DNA of 52,935 nucleotides. Origin: a virus. Taxonomy: Duplodnaviria > Caudoviricetes. The translations under genes and the position numbers were made by a program. The DNA is taken from the IMG/VR virus record IMGVR_UViG_3300034082_003237, positions 1 to 52,935 of that record; one strand, given 5' to 3'. Of the stretch, positions 1 to 7,921 are shown piece by piece (position 1 is the stretch's first letter; the number at the start of each line of letters is the position of its first letter). The notes under the pieces were generated by a model that ran no database searches, was not told the origin of the DNA, and saw nothing but the letters and a program-made list of their open reading frames with translations.

Positions 1-25
1 AAGGTAAATGAGTAATAACAGGTAC

Positions 26-55
26 ATACTAGCCAAACCGATATCAGATTTCCAA
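26..55 (-). promoter_or_regulatory. Conserved early promoter copy 1 (TTGGAA-N18-TAGTAT); its gene lies left of the window
   Basis: -35 at 50-55, -10 at 26-31, spacer carries ATCTGATAT shared with other copies. Confidence 0.8.
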
Positions 56-191
56 AATACCAGCCAAACCCACTTACGGGGCTTACGGGCCATATTGACT
101 GGCATAAGTCAAACCTTTCTTAGGTAAAGCGCGAGCTGGAGCCCCGCATTTTATTTGGGCCGCAGTTGTGACGGGGCCTTTGACAAACAAA

Positions 192-219
192 AGAGCGCCA
201 CCATTTCCGATGACGCTCT
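192..219 (-). terminator. Intrinsic terminator after 224..523
   Basis: AGAGCG...CGCTCT stem followed by a T-tract on the minus strand. Confidence 0.6.
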
Positions 220-223
220 CTTG

Positions 224-523
224 TTAGTTTTTGTTCAGCACTTCTGCAAGGCTGTCAAGAACTTCAAGAACCTTTTGCCTGTTTCCGCCTCTGCACACGC
301 AATCCCAAGCACGGCTAACAGCGTCTTGAACTTCAAAGCTACTTTCAAAGTCATCTTTCCAAATTGTGTCCTTGGAAAACAGAAATATGTTTCGCAACTT
401 AATCCACTCGTCAAAAGTGGTGAAGGTTGCGTAATCATTCCTGAACTTGGTTACCTGCTCAGAGGTAGAGAACACCCTTCCCGTCCAAACCCAAACACAA
501 TCTTTGTCGTCATAGATAAGCAT
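224..523 (-). CDS. Hypothetical early protein, 99 aa
   Basis: ORF with GAAAGGG RBS and its own promoter. Confidence 0.8.
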   Translation of the reverse strand: MLIYDDKDCVWVWTGRVFSTSEQVTKFRNDYATFTTFDEWIKLRNIFLFSKDTIWKDDFESSFEVQDAVSRAWDCVCRGGNRQKVLEVLDSLAEVLNKN

Positions 524-551
524 AATTACCCTTTCAGTAGTAGATATATAT

Positions 552-581
552 ACCTTATCAGACCCAATATCAGATTTCCAA
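552..581 (-). promoter_or_regulatory. Conserved early promoter copy 2 (TTGGAA-N18-TAAGGT)
   Basis: -35 at 576-581, -10 at 552-557. Confidence 0.8.
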
Positions 582-667
582 ATTCAGTTTTAGCCCCGCT
601 TCGACAGCTCAAGCGCTGGGACTTCAGGCCAAATTTCAGCCTGTGCTCCGGGCTGAAACTCGAGCGC

Positions 668-922
668 TCACCAGTTCGAGATATCGACTGCGCCGTGAGG
701 GAAGTTTTCGACGAAACCGGTGGTCCAAATCGAGTTGCCTGTTGGGCACCTGTATGTGTCGAGCTCTCCAAGCCTGTCGAGTATGTGCACCGCGACCTCG
801 TCGCCTTCGACTGCGACCAGGGTGACATGGCCCTCGTGAACCCTGTACGCGCTGTCTCCGGCGCTGATGTATGTTCCAACACGCAGTTTCTCTGCGTCTA
901 CGAGCTGTGGCGTGTACTTCAT
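668..922 (-). CDS. Hypothetical early protein, 84 aa
   Basis: ORF with GAAAGGGG RBS and promoter upstream. Confidence 0.8.
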   Translation of the reverse strand: MKYTPQLVDAEKLRVGTYISAGDSAYRVHEGHVTLVAVEGDEVAVHILDRLGELDTYRCPTGNSIWTTGFVENFPHGAVDISNW

Positions 923-960
923 TTTGTGCCCCTTTCAGTTGGCCTTGCTTCCTGTACAAC

Positions 961-990
961 ACACTACACCACCGGATACCAAATTTCCAA
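961..990 (-). promoter_or_regulatory. Conserved early promoter copy 3 (TTGGAA-N18-TAGTGT)
   Basis: -35 at 985-990, -10 at 961-966, spacer ATTTGGTAT. Confidence 0.8.
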
Positions 991-1005
991 AATGGCCAAG
1001 CCGGG

Positions 1006-1019
1006 CGAACATGTGTTCG
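1006..1019. promoter_or_regulatory. LexA (SOS) box CGAACATGTGTTCG
   Basis: Matches the Gram-positive/actinobacterial CGAAC-N4-GTTCG consensus; 15 bp upstream of the -35. Confidence 0.75.
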
Positions 1020-1077
1020 TACGTGACCGGCAGCCCCGGCTATCCGGTGCGAGCGGCGGGGCTTGCAAAAAATTTTA

Positions 1078-1116
1078 AGGGGTGTAACAGAGTTTTTATT
1101 CTCTGTCACACCCCTT
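1078..1116 (-). terminator. Intrinsic terminator after 1123..1332
   Basis: AGGGGTGTAACAGAG...CTCTGTCACACCCCT hairpin, T-rich tract nearby on the minus strand. Confidence 0.65.
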
Positions 1117-1122
1117 CTGGTT

Positions 1123-1332
1123 CTATTTTTTGGTGATATAGATACTTTCACCTTTTTCCGAAAGAACCAGCGAGAGTTCTTGGCTCTCGGTGTAGTACCA
1201 GATAGTTACATACTTTCCATCAACCTCTAGGCTACGAACCGTTCCAATTTGCTGCTCGGTGTCTCCGCCGCGTGTGAATACAATCTTTTCACCCTCTTTG
1301 AGTGTCTGGACTTCCTTCTCTCTTAGTATCAT
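1123..1332 (-). CDS. Hypothetical early protein, 69 aa
   Basis: ORF with GAAAGGGG RBS and promoter. Confidence 0.75.
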   Translation of the reverse strand: MILREKEVQTLKEGEKIVFTRGGDTEQQIGTVRSLEVDGKYVTIWYYTESQELSLVLSEKGESIYITKK

Positions 1333-1368
1333 GTGCTTCCCCTTTCAAAGGAATCGTTTACAAACACA

Positions 1369-1398
1369 ACTCTACACCACGAAATACCAAATTTCCAA
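1369..1398 (-). promoter_or_regulatory. Conserved early promoter copy 4 (TTGGAA-N18-TAGAGT)
   Basis: -35 at 1393-1398, -10 at 1369-1374. Confidence 0.8.
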
Positions 1399-1413
1399 AA
1401 TACAAAATCAAAG

Positions 1414-1427
1414 CGAACAAGTGTTCG
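1414..1427. promoter_or_regulatory. LexA (SOS) box CGAACAAGTGTTCG
   Basis: CGAAC-N4-GTTCG, again 15 bp upstream of the -35. Confidence 0.75.
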
Positions 1428-1457
1428 TATAGCCCCGGTATGCGGCCAAAAAAAATT

Positions 1458-1494
1458 GGGGGTGTAACAAGGTTTTATCCCTGCCACACCCCCT
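1458..1494 (-). terminator. Intrinsic terminator after 1501..1818, paralogous to 1078-1116
   Basis: GGGGGTGTAACAAGG...CCTGCCACACCCCC hairpin with a T8 tract on the minus strand. Confidence 0.65.
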
Positions 1495-1500
1495 GGGAGT

Positions 1501-1818
1501 TTAGAACTCGTAGGAGTAGTAGTACCTGCGACCGCTCAGGTGAAGTACGGCCCAACTATCCAACGAATCACCAATCTGAACCCACCTTCCGTTTTTGCGG
1601 AGTGTAAAGCAAGCGGTTGGGTTGTTTGGGTTTGGTGTAATTTCCCATTTGTTGCTGTAAGGCTTCGCCCCTTCGGCTGGCTTGACATCATCGCGCTGAA
1701 CGATAATTTTCTTGCCGTTTTCACTGACGAAAACAATCGTTACTGAGTGGGTGTCCACTCCGTTGCTTACGTGTGCGCCGTTTCCGACTACTGGCTTTGT
1801 TTTCTCTTTGGTTTCCAT
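1501..1818 (-). CDS. Hypothetical early protein, 105 aa
   Basis: ORF with AAAAGGGG RBS and promoter. Confidence 0.8.
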   Translation of the reverse strand: METKEKTKPVVGNGAHVSNGVDTHSVTIVFVSENGKKIIVQRDDVKPAEGAKPYSNKWEITPNPNNPTACFTLRKNGRWVQIGDSLDSWAVLHLSGRRYYYSYEF

Positions 1819-1853
1819 TGCGTCCCCTTTCGTGGAACTCGTTTACAAATGAA

Positions 1854-1883
1854 ATCTTACTACACGAAATACCAAATTTCCAA
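1854..1883 (-). promoter_or_regulatory. Conserved early promoter copy 5 (TTGGAA-N18-TAAGAT)
   Basis: -35 at 1878-1883, -10 at 1854-1859. Confidence 0.8.
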
Positions 1884-1954
1884 AATCAGAATTTTTTTAT
1901 ATAGCCCCGGTACACCTCTTTGTAAAAAATTTATGCCGGGGCTTGCAACAAGAA

Positions 1955-1993
1955 ATACCGGGTAGCGTTTGGCTGCAAACACTCTCCGGTATT
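1955..1993 (-). terminator. Intrinsic terminator after 1997..2284
   Basis: ATACCGG...CCGGTAT stem flanked by A/T tracts. Confidence 0.6.
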
Positions 1994-1996
1994 TTT

Positions 1997-2284
1997 CTAG
2001 TAGATGACTACCGAGGCCTTCGTCCACTTGGTGAATGAGTGGATACCGGGGACGCCGTCAATAGTAAGCACGAGGAACTTCCCTGAGTTGCTCCACTTCT
2101 TATTCTCTGCTGCAATCTTGGAAATTGTTCCAGTTGCGTATCCCCACGCTTGCCTCTCACGGGCCGTGGTGTTCTTTCCGAACAGGTGGGCCTCAGTCTC
2201 GCCCGTCACCGTGTTGGTGATATAGCCAACCAGTATCTGGTCGCCGACTTCTAGGTCGCTTATTTTCACCCTTGTTGTTTCCAT
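1997..2284 (-). CDS. Hypothetical early protein, 95 aa
   Basis: ORF with GAAAGGGG RBS and promoter. Confidence 0.8.
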   Translation of the reverse strand: METTRVKISDLEVGDQILVGYITNTVTGETEAHLFGKNTTARERQAWGYATGTISKIAAENKKWSNSGKFLVLTIDGVPGIHSFTKWTKASVVIY

Positions 2285-2312
2285 TACTATCCCCTTTCAG
2301 TTGGATAGGCCA

Positions 2313-2342
2313 ATGGTACAACATCAGATACCAAATTTCCAG
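2313..2342 (-). promoter_or_regulatory. Conserved early promoter copy 6 (CTGGAA-N18-TACCAT)
   Basis: Spacer ATTTGGTAT conserved; -10 at 2313-2318. Confidence 0.7.
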
Positions 2343-2345
2343 ATT

Positions 2346-2510
2346 TCAGCTAAGCCCCGCCCTGGGCGCGACCGAAGCACTTTCTTTCGTCATCAAGTGA
2401 AGCCGAATGTCAAGAAGCAAGTCTTGCATTTCGCTTGACGCGACAAGTTCACGGCTAGAGATGCTTACTAGTGCCTTGTCAAGAAGGGTAATTACGTCTT
2501 TTTCGTTCAT
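2346..2510 (-). CDS. Small hypothetical protein, 54 aa (MNEKDVITLLDKAL...DLLLDIRL), absent from the ORF track
   Basis: ATGA overlap with the stop of 2507..2689; translated by hand. Confidence 0.65.
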   Translation of the reverse strand: MNEKDVITLLDKALVSISSRELVASSEMQDLLLDIRLHLMTKESASVAPRAGLS

Positions 2511-2689
2511 TGTGGGCAGTCCTCGTATGGGTTGTCGTTTTCCTCGTTGTCCTCGCAGGAACAGAAGCCAAACAATTCTACCTGGGTTTCGTGGGTAAGT
2601 TCAGTCAAGTCCTCGTATGACGGCGAGCCACCGAGTTGGTCTATGACAACACTCCAGAAGTCCACGAATAGTTTCTCTTGCGCGTTCAT
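2507..2689 (-). CDS. Small acidic Cys-containing protein, 60 aa
   Basis: ORF packed tightly in the operon. Confidence 0.7.
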   Translation of the reverse strand: MNAQEKLFVDFWSVVIDQLGGSPSYEDLTELTHETQVELFGFCSCEDNEENDNPYEDCPQ

Positions 2690-2692
2690 TGC

Positions 2693-2863
2693 TTACCCGA
2701 ACACGGCGTCATTGTAGATTTCGTCCATATCTTCTTCTTCGTCCTCGTCCTCGTCCTCGTCCTCGTAGTCGGGCTCTACGATATCCAGTTCGGATATCTC
2801 GCCTGCGCTACGGGCTTCATCTGCCATTTCCCATTCAATTCCACTGTCAAAGTAATTCTTCAT
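2693..2863 (-). CDS. Very acidic 56-aa protein (MKNYFDSG...EDEDEDEDEEED), absent from the ORF track
   Basis: GAAAGGGG RBS, first gene after promoter copy 7; translated by hand. Confidence 0.75.
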   Translation of the reverse strand: MKNYFDSGIEWEMADEARSAGEISELDIVEPDYEDEDEDEDEEEDMDEIYNDAVFG

Positions 2864-2899
2864 TTTGTGTCCCCTTTCGTGAGACTTGTTGTTGGTTCT

Positions 2900-2929
2900 A
2901 TCTTAGTGCAGGCGTTAGCAGATTTCCAA
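2900..2929 (-). promoter_or_regulatory. Conserved early promoter copy 7 (TTGGAA-N18-TAAGAT)
   Basis: -35 at 2924-2929, -10 at 2900-2905. Confidence 0.75.
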
Positions 2930-2953
2930 ATCGCCCATAAGCCCCGGGGTGTG

Positions 2954-3286
2954 TTATGCGCACTCTTCCATTACTTCGCCACCGTCAGTAATGCGCAATT
3001 CGCAAGTGTTGTGCGTAGGAAGATAGATAATGTCGCCGATAGCGAGGTCAGTTCCGTACAACCTCACAAGTCTGTTCACTACTTCCATAGTGTTGCCTTC
3101 GCAATTTGTTCGGGCTATCCAATAAAGAGTATCGCCGTCCTTCACTGTTACCGATGCGCCGTTACAAAAGAACTCGGCGTCATCTCTGTTCTGTTTGTTC
3201 AAGTACCCGAATGCGAATACTGACGCAAGTGTTATTGCGATGGTGATGAGTATGGTCTTTGCTGTTCTGTAGGTATGTTCGTTCAT
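2954..3286 (-). CDS. Membrane-anchored LysM-domain protein, ~110 aa
   Basis: N-terminal TM helix; VKDGDTLYWIA...LAIGDIIYLP LysM pattern; RBS before MNEHTY. Confidence 0.8.
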   Translation of the reverse strand: MNEHTYRTAKTILITIAITLASVFAFGYLNKQNRDDAEFFCNGASVTVKDGDTLYWIARTNCEGNTMEVVNRLVRLYGTDLAIGDIIYLPTHNTCELRITDGGEVMEECA

Positions 3287-3312
3287 TGTCTGCCCTTTCG
3301 GTAGGTGATTCA

Positions 3313-3341
3313 AGCATAACCAGTCCAATATCAAATGTCAA
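3313..3341 (-). promoter_or_regulatory. Consensus sigma-A promoter TTGACA-N17-TATGCT
   Basis: Canonical hexamers and spacing upstream of the LysM gene. Confidence 0.7.
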
Positions 3342-3379
3342 CGATACCCGTGCGGGGCTATTTCGAGGTAATTCCCGAT

Positions 3380-3409
3380 TTGGAAATTTGGTATTTGGTC
3401 TTGTATGCT
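3380..3409 (+). promoter_or_regulatory. Conserved early promoter copy 8 (TTGGAA-N18-TATGCT)
   Basis: TTGGAAATTTGGTATTT on the + strand, drives the rightward operon. Confidence 0.8.
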
Positions 3410-3438
3410 TGTCTTATCCACGAGAAAAGGGGAAAGAA

Positions 3439-3555
3439 ATGAAAGTATCTACTAAAGCAAAGTGCGTAGAGTGTGAGCGAGTTTTTGACCTGATGGACGA
3501 AGAGCAGGCAGGCGAGTTTTACTACGGCCACGATTGCGAAAGCGAAGGGCAATGA
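3439..3555 (+). CDS. Small Zn-finger-like protein, 38 aa
   Basis: AAAAGGGG RBS; CxxC...HxC motif. Confidence 0.65.
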   Translation: MKVSTKAKCVECERVFDLMDEEQAGEFYYGHDCESEGQ

Positions 3556-3719
3556 GCAAGAACATCATCTGCCCTACCTGTAGTGGCTTTATTCCTAACG
3601 GACACACACCAGGTTTATATCCAGGTGCCATCTCTAGGAAAGACAACAAAACAGAGATTTGTTCTCAATGTGGCGATAACGAGGCAATGGAAGATTTCTT
3701 CCGTATGATGAAGAAATGA
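3552..3719 (+). CDS. Small Zn-ribbon protein, 55 aa
   Basis: CPTC...CSQC; ATGA overlaps at both ends. Confidence 0.7.
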   Translation: MSKNIICPTCSGFIPNGHTPGLYPGAISRKDNKTEICSQCGDNEAMEDFFRMMKK

Positions 3720-4090
3720 GCGACACACCTAACAAGCAATTTAACGATGTATTCGTAGGCAAAGAATATGACCATTGGAAAGAGATAGGGGAACAGCGAG
3801 GCTGGGAGAGCGGGGCTAAAAGCGCCACCCGTGCCGATATTCAGCAAGCACTTGAGGAGATGGACGAAAGCACTTTGCTTATGGATGGCTTTGACGAAGC
3901 CTTTATCGGTTGGTCACGCCGTATCAACGAGCCACTACTTGCCGTCTATTCCTATGACGGACTAATTAAGGTTTGTACCGAGCGAGATGGTATGAGTTTT
4001 GAGGAAGCCGTTGAGTATGTGGACTACAATGTCGTAGGTGCTTGGATTGGCGAGCAGACACCAATTATCGTGATGCCGTTTATTCACTAA
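3716..4090 (+). CDS. Conserved phage hypothetical protein, 124 aa
   Basis: DGFDEAFIG...EEAVEYVDYNVVGAWIGEQTP pattern familiar from aquatic phages. Confidence 0.8.
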   Translation: MSDTPNKQFNDVFVGKEYDHWKEIGEQRGWESGAKSATRADIQQALEEMDESTLLMDGFDEAFIGWSRRINEPLLAVYSYDGLIKVCTERDGMSFEEAVEYVDYNVVGAWIGEQTPIIVMPFIH

Positions 4091-4107
4091 TCTACTATTG
4101 AGGTAAA

Positions 4108-4422
4108 ATGACAGCATTAGCAGTAAGAGTTAGCGCACCACCGACAGGCGATATCCCCTGTAGCGGGAAACAGTATTTGTTCTACGGCAAGAATGCGGAG
4201 AGACCGCAGTCACGAGTCCGCCGTGAAGAAAAAGCAAAGAAAGTTTGCTCTAATTGTCCGCAAATTATTTTGTGCCGTGATTACGCCCGTAGCAACAACG
4301 AGATTTTTGGCGTTTGGGGCGGAGAGACGGAGATAGAAAGATACAACGCAGGTTTTATGAAAGACTTGCCGCAACACCTGAGCAGAAACAGCGGTATTCT
4401 GAAACGCAATGAGCACTTATAA
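4108..4422 (+). CDS. whiB: WhiB-family Fe-S transcription factor
   Basis: C-x(n)-CxxC-x5-C and GVWGG. Confidence 0.9.
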   Translation: MTALAVRVSAPPTGDIPCSGKQYLFYGKNAERPQSRVRREEKAKKVCSNCPQIILCRDYARSNNEIFGVWGGETEIERYNAGFMKDLPQHLSRNSGILKRNEHL

Positions 4423-4633
4423 CGAGTTTCTAGCGATGGTTTCTATCTACTATGAGCGACAACTAGTAGAGGGTGGAGATTTGCGCTATGGGCAGATGTA
4501 TATGAATCACCTGTGGGATGTCAAGCCTCGCATTGCGGAGAAACTAAACGGCTCTCTACTTGACCCGTTCTATAGAGACAATTGCCCGCCGAAAGTTCAC
4601 GAGTTCGTAGAACAACTTTGGTCTAGCGAGTAG
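4409..4633 (+). CDS. Hypothetical protein, 74 aa
   Basis: LRYGQ...DPFY motif; overlaps the whiB end. Confidence 0.75.
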   Translation: MSTYNEFLAMVSIYYERQLVEGGDLRYGQMYMNHLWDVKPRIAEKLNGSLLDPFYRDNCPPKVHEFVEQLWSSE

Positions 4634-4769
4634 GACAGCAAGAAGAGCGGCGTGGTTTCTGAACAACCCGTGCAGGCTTTTCTTCCTCTTTCTTTTTCTT
4701 TTTATCGTCAGTATCCATACACCAAGGATACACCTTGCGTTTGATAGCAAGCCCCGCTAAGATAGTGGT

Positions 4770-4967
4770 ATGAGCCTTCCACCACTTTTTGAGTGCGTTG
4801 TATGCGGTTTCTCAATAGACCCAAACGCCAACAACTCTCTTCGCTTGGCTACTGTTTGGCTAAAGGGTGGAGGAAAGACGGTTCATGCGGTTGAATCTGA
4901 GGCTTTCCGGTACAGGCACAACTTTTGCAACCTGAGCGGTGATTTCAACCAAGACAGTTTGTTCTAG
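4770..4967 (+). CDS. Small Zn-finger-like protein, 65 aa
   Basis: CxxC...HxxC. Confidence 0.6.
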   Translation: MSLPPLFECVVCGFSIDPNANNSLRLATVWLKGGGKTVHAVESEAFRYRHNFCNLSGDFNQDSLF

Positions 4968-5206
4968 CCAAGCCTCATTGAACCGAGTGGCTGATTGGTC
5001 TCGCCAAGTGTCTTGCCAGCAGTATTGTTTGTGACAGCAACCCGAGCGTCAAGGTTGTTGAGTATCACCTGAACTGCGTCAAGTTTCTTATTTATTTCAT
5101 CAACGGAGTTCATTACCGACTTCATTGCTTGTTCTAAAGATGCATCTATTTCCATAGCGCCCAGCCTAGCAAGTATGATGAGCCAGTGAGACTTTATCTT
5201 GACCAC
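4964..5206 (-). CDS. Hypothetical coiled-coil protein (true start probably the internal MEIDAS)
   Basis: Heptad-like ORF convergent with 4770..4967. Confidence 0.5.
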   Translation of the reverse strand: MVKIKSHWLIILARLGAMEIDASLEQAMKSVMNSVDEINKKLDAVQVILNNLDARVAVTNNTAGKTLGETNQPLGSMRLG

Positions 5207-7108
5207 GACCTACTAGCCCTTGACTTTCCGTACGACCCAGCGCAGGTGGCTGAGGTTAAAGCTATAGCCGGGGCTGCGTGGGACAAGGTGGACAAACTGT
5301 GGAAGGCACCCGTGGCCTCGATTAACGAGGTGCGAGCATTCGCTATGAAGCACGAGTTTCAGATAACAGACGAAGTGCTTAGGTTTACTGCGCCAAAGAG
5401 AGCATCACGAAAGGGTGTATATGTAAAGGGCGATTGGACATACATCCAATTCCCATACGACAAGGTTGTACTCAAGGCGGTGAAGCAAATTCCCGGAATT
5501 ACTTGGGATAACAAGGAGATGGCGTGGAGAGCGCCACTTACCTCATCCAGTGAGGCGATTGCGTGGGCTAACTCATTTGACGTGCTTGTATCGCCGGAAG
5601 TTCACGGTGTTTCTGCGTCAATAGGCAAGAAGTTAGACGAACTTAAAGAAGCATCACGCTCGACAGACGCTGACATAGAAGTGCCCTTGCTACAAGGAAC
5701 GCTGCTGCCCTATCAGAGAGCAGGCGTGGAGTATGCGTCTAAAGCCCGTAGAAGTTTTATCGCAGACGAGATGGGGCTTGGAAAGACAATACAGGCGATT
5801 GCGACACTGGAGTATTCGTCAAAGGACAGCGAGGTGTACCCAGCAGTCGTTGTCTGCCCACCATCTCTTGTCCTCAACTGGAAGTCGGAGTGGAATAGAT
5901 GGCTACCCCACAGACGGGTTGCTGTTGTAACCAACCGGCGAGAGATACCTGAGCCCCGGACGTACGATGTGCTGGTTGTCGGCTACTCAAACATCCCTCA
6001 CTGGGAAAAGCAACTGCTTGCGCACAATTCTTACATATTCGACGAATCACATTACGCAAAGAGCCCAACGGCGCAGCGTACTAAGTCGGCTATCAAGATG
6101 GCAAAGAGCGCACCAAAACATGGAATAGTTTTATGCCTTACCGGGACACCCGTAACGAACAGACCGGCAGAGTACGCCAGCCAATTAGACATAATCGGAA
6201 AACTCAAAGAGTTCGGTGGGCTGTGGGGTTTCTATAGAAGGTACTGCTCTGCCTTCCAAGACCGGTTCGGGCAGTGGAACATCAATGGGCATTCACACTT
6301 GGATGAACTCAACGACCGGCTTCGTGGAACTTGCTACATCAGACGCACCAAATCACAGGTGCTATCCGAACTGCCACCGGTAATACACAGCCAACTCGTT
6401 GTTGAGGGTACTGAGGCGGGGCTCAAGGAATACCGCAAGGCAGAACAAGACATCATAAAGTACATAACCGACAGAGCCAAAGAGATAGCGATAGAACTCG
6501 GTGAGAGCCCGTACTCGGCGGCCGTTGTGGCGAGAATAAAAGCAGAAAGTAACGAACATCTCGTTAGGTTGTCTGTTTTGAGGAGACTGTCAGCGAAAGC
6601 AAAGATGCCGATGGTTGAGGAGTGGGTTCAGTCACGCATTGACGACGGCAAGAAGGTGGTAGTCGCCGCTCACCACAGAGACATTGTTGACGAATTGGCA
6701 AGAAAGTTCGGCAACTTGCGTATTCAGGGCGGAATGTCGGTTGAGGAGGTAGAAGCACAGAAGGCAAGGTTCCAAGATGAACCCGTAGAGACTGCGCCAG
6801 TCATTGTGTTGTCTATTCAGGCAGCCAAGACAGGGCACACGCTCACTTCAGCACAGGACATTTTGTTCGTGGAATTACCGTGGACACCATCCGACTTAGA
6901 CCAAACATTTAGTCGCCTACATAGAATTGGTCAAAAAGGAAGCGTCACGGCTACTTATATGCTTACTGACAACACGATAGACCAAGAGATTTATGCACTT
7001 ATTGAGAAAAAACGCAAGGTAGTGAACGCTGCGACAGAAGGTGGGGAGTTTGCTGCTAGTGGTGGCGCTACACAATTAGTGCTTGACTTGCTCAACCGAC
7101 ACAGATAA
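5186..7108 (+). CDS. SNF2-family helicase with two N-terminal HARP-like repeats
   Basis: DEMGLGKT Walker A, DESH box, TGTP, helicase C motif (SRLHRIGQ); repeated FPYD...K.I.G..WD...W. Confidence 0.9.
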   Translation: MRLYLDHDLLALDFPYDPAQVAEVKAIAGAAWDKVDKLWKAPVASINEVRAFAMKHEFQITDEVLRFTAPKRASRKGVYVKGDWTYIQFPYDKVVLKAVKQIPGITWDNKEMAWRAPLTSSSEAIAWANSFDVLVSPEVHGVSASIGKKLDELKEASRSTDADIEVPLLQGTLLPYQRAGVEYASKARRSFIADEMGLGKTIQAIATLEYSSKDSEVYPAVVVCPPSLVLNWKSEWNRWLPHRRVAVVTNRREIPEPRTYDVLVVGYSNIPHWEKQLLAHNSYIFDESHYAKSPTAQRTKSAIKMAKSAPKHGIVLCLTGTPVTNRPAEYASQLDIIGKLKEFGGLWGFYRRYCSAFQDRFGQWNINGHSHLDELNDRLRGTCYIRRTKSQVLSELPPVIHSQLVVEGTEAGLKEYRKAEQDIIKYITDRAKEIAIELGESPYSAAVVARIKAESNEHLVRLSVLRRLSAKAKMPMVEEWVQSRIDDGKKVVVAAHHRDIVDELARKFGNLRIQGGMSVEEVEAQKARFQDEPVETAPVIVLSIQAAKTGHTLTSAQDILFVELPWTPSDLDQTFSRLHRIGQKGSVTATYMLTDNTIDQEIYALIEKKRKVVNAATEGGEFAASGGATQLVLDLLNRHR

Positions 7109-7127
7109 GCCCCGGCCGTCTAGTACT

Positions 7128-7157
7128 TTGGAAATTTGGTATTTGGTGTACTAAGCT
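7128..7157 (+). promoter_or_regulatory. Conserved early promoter copy 9 (TTGGAA-N18-TAAGCT)
   Basis: TTGGAAATTTGGTATTTGGT identical to copy 8. Confidence 0.8.
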
Positions 7158-7195
7158 TGCGTTGCCGCAAGGCAAACAAGCCCAAATGAAAGGGG

Positions 7196-7381
7196 GTGAG
7201 CAAAATGGAAGAGTGGCAAAAGGAGGGTTTCGCTTCAGAGGAGGAATTCTTTGAGTTGCAGCGAAGCATCTGCGAGCAGGAACAGCGGGCGGAATTCATT
7301 ATGAGTTACGTCGCTGGTGGTGGCTTGTCAAGCGAAGCTCAAATCGCTTGGTTTCACCACAACCACTCGTGGGGCGAGTAA
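7196..7381 (+). CDS. Small acidic hypothetical protein (likely start ATG at 7205)
   Basis: GAAAGGGGG RBS downstream of promoter copy 9. Confidence 0.65.
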   Translation: MSKMEEWQKEGFASEEEFFELQRSICEQEQRAEFIMSYVAGGGLSSEAQIAWFHHNHSWGE

Positions 7382-7442
7382 CCCACAGAGGCGGGGGCTG
7401 GGGCTGGCAACCCTTGCCCCTCGCCTGCGCGTGTGGCGGGGC

Positions 7443-7865
7443 TTACTCGGTTTTTTGGGTTGGAACTCTGCCCATTAGTTCGTCAGCAATTAGTTTTGCG
7501 TACTTTCTGCGTAACTTCCAAATCTTTTGATTCATTTCGGCCATTGCGCTTGTGCTCCGTGCCTTTTTTATTGACTCAATGTCGTAAACACCGTACTTTT
7601 TGAAGAGAATGTCGTCAATGTCGTTGTTTTCTATCAGAATGTCGGAAATCCAGTGGCCACGCTTATCTATGCTCATCAGCATTTCGCAGAGACCTTCGTA
7701 ACCGAACTCGTCATAGACACGATTAGTTACTAAGTCGCAGAAGTGGGCGCGATACATTGTTTCTGCTTCTGCGGTGTGGGTCATGAACTCGCTCAGCCAT
7801 ACAGCAAGCTCTTCCCTTGAGGGGATATCGCCGTCTTCGCCATCAAACTCAAAGTCTTCGTCCAT
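7443..7865 (-). CDS. Hypothetical protein, 140 aa
   Basis: ORF, acidic N-terminus. Confidence 0.75.
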   Translation of the reverse strand: MDEDFEFDGEDGDIPSREELAVWLSEFMTHTAEAETMYRAHFCDLVTNRVYDEFGYEGLCEMLMSIDKRGHWISDILIENNDIDDILFKKYGVYDIESIKKARSTSAMAEMNQKIWKLRRKYAKLIADELMGRVPTQKTE

Positions 7866-7921
7866 AAGCCTGCCTTCCGCTATACCGGGGCTCTAGTAGT
7901 CAATGATACTTGCGACAACTG

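Noticed and set aside
155-1078. 307-aa plus-strand ORF
   Set aside because: Antisense to two genes that have their own RBS and promoter, and it runs through regulatory DNA; a shadow ORF.
2731-2768. (TCGTCC)n microsatellite as a contingency locus
   Set aside because: It simply encodes the Glu-Asp run of the acidic protein, and the 6-bp unit keeps the frame.
26-2946. Regularly spaced repeats as a CRISPR array or integron attC array
   Set aside because: Units are ~450 bp and contain ORFs. The repeats resolve into promoter, RBS and terminator parts. There is no cas gene, integron integrase or GTTRRRY-type core.
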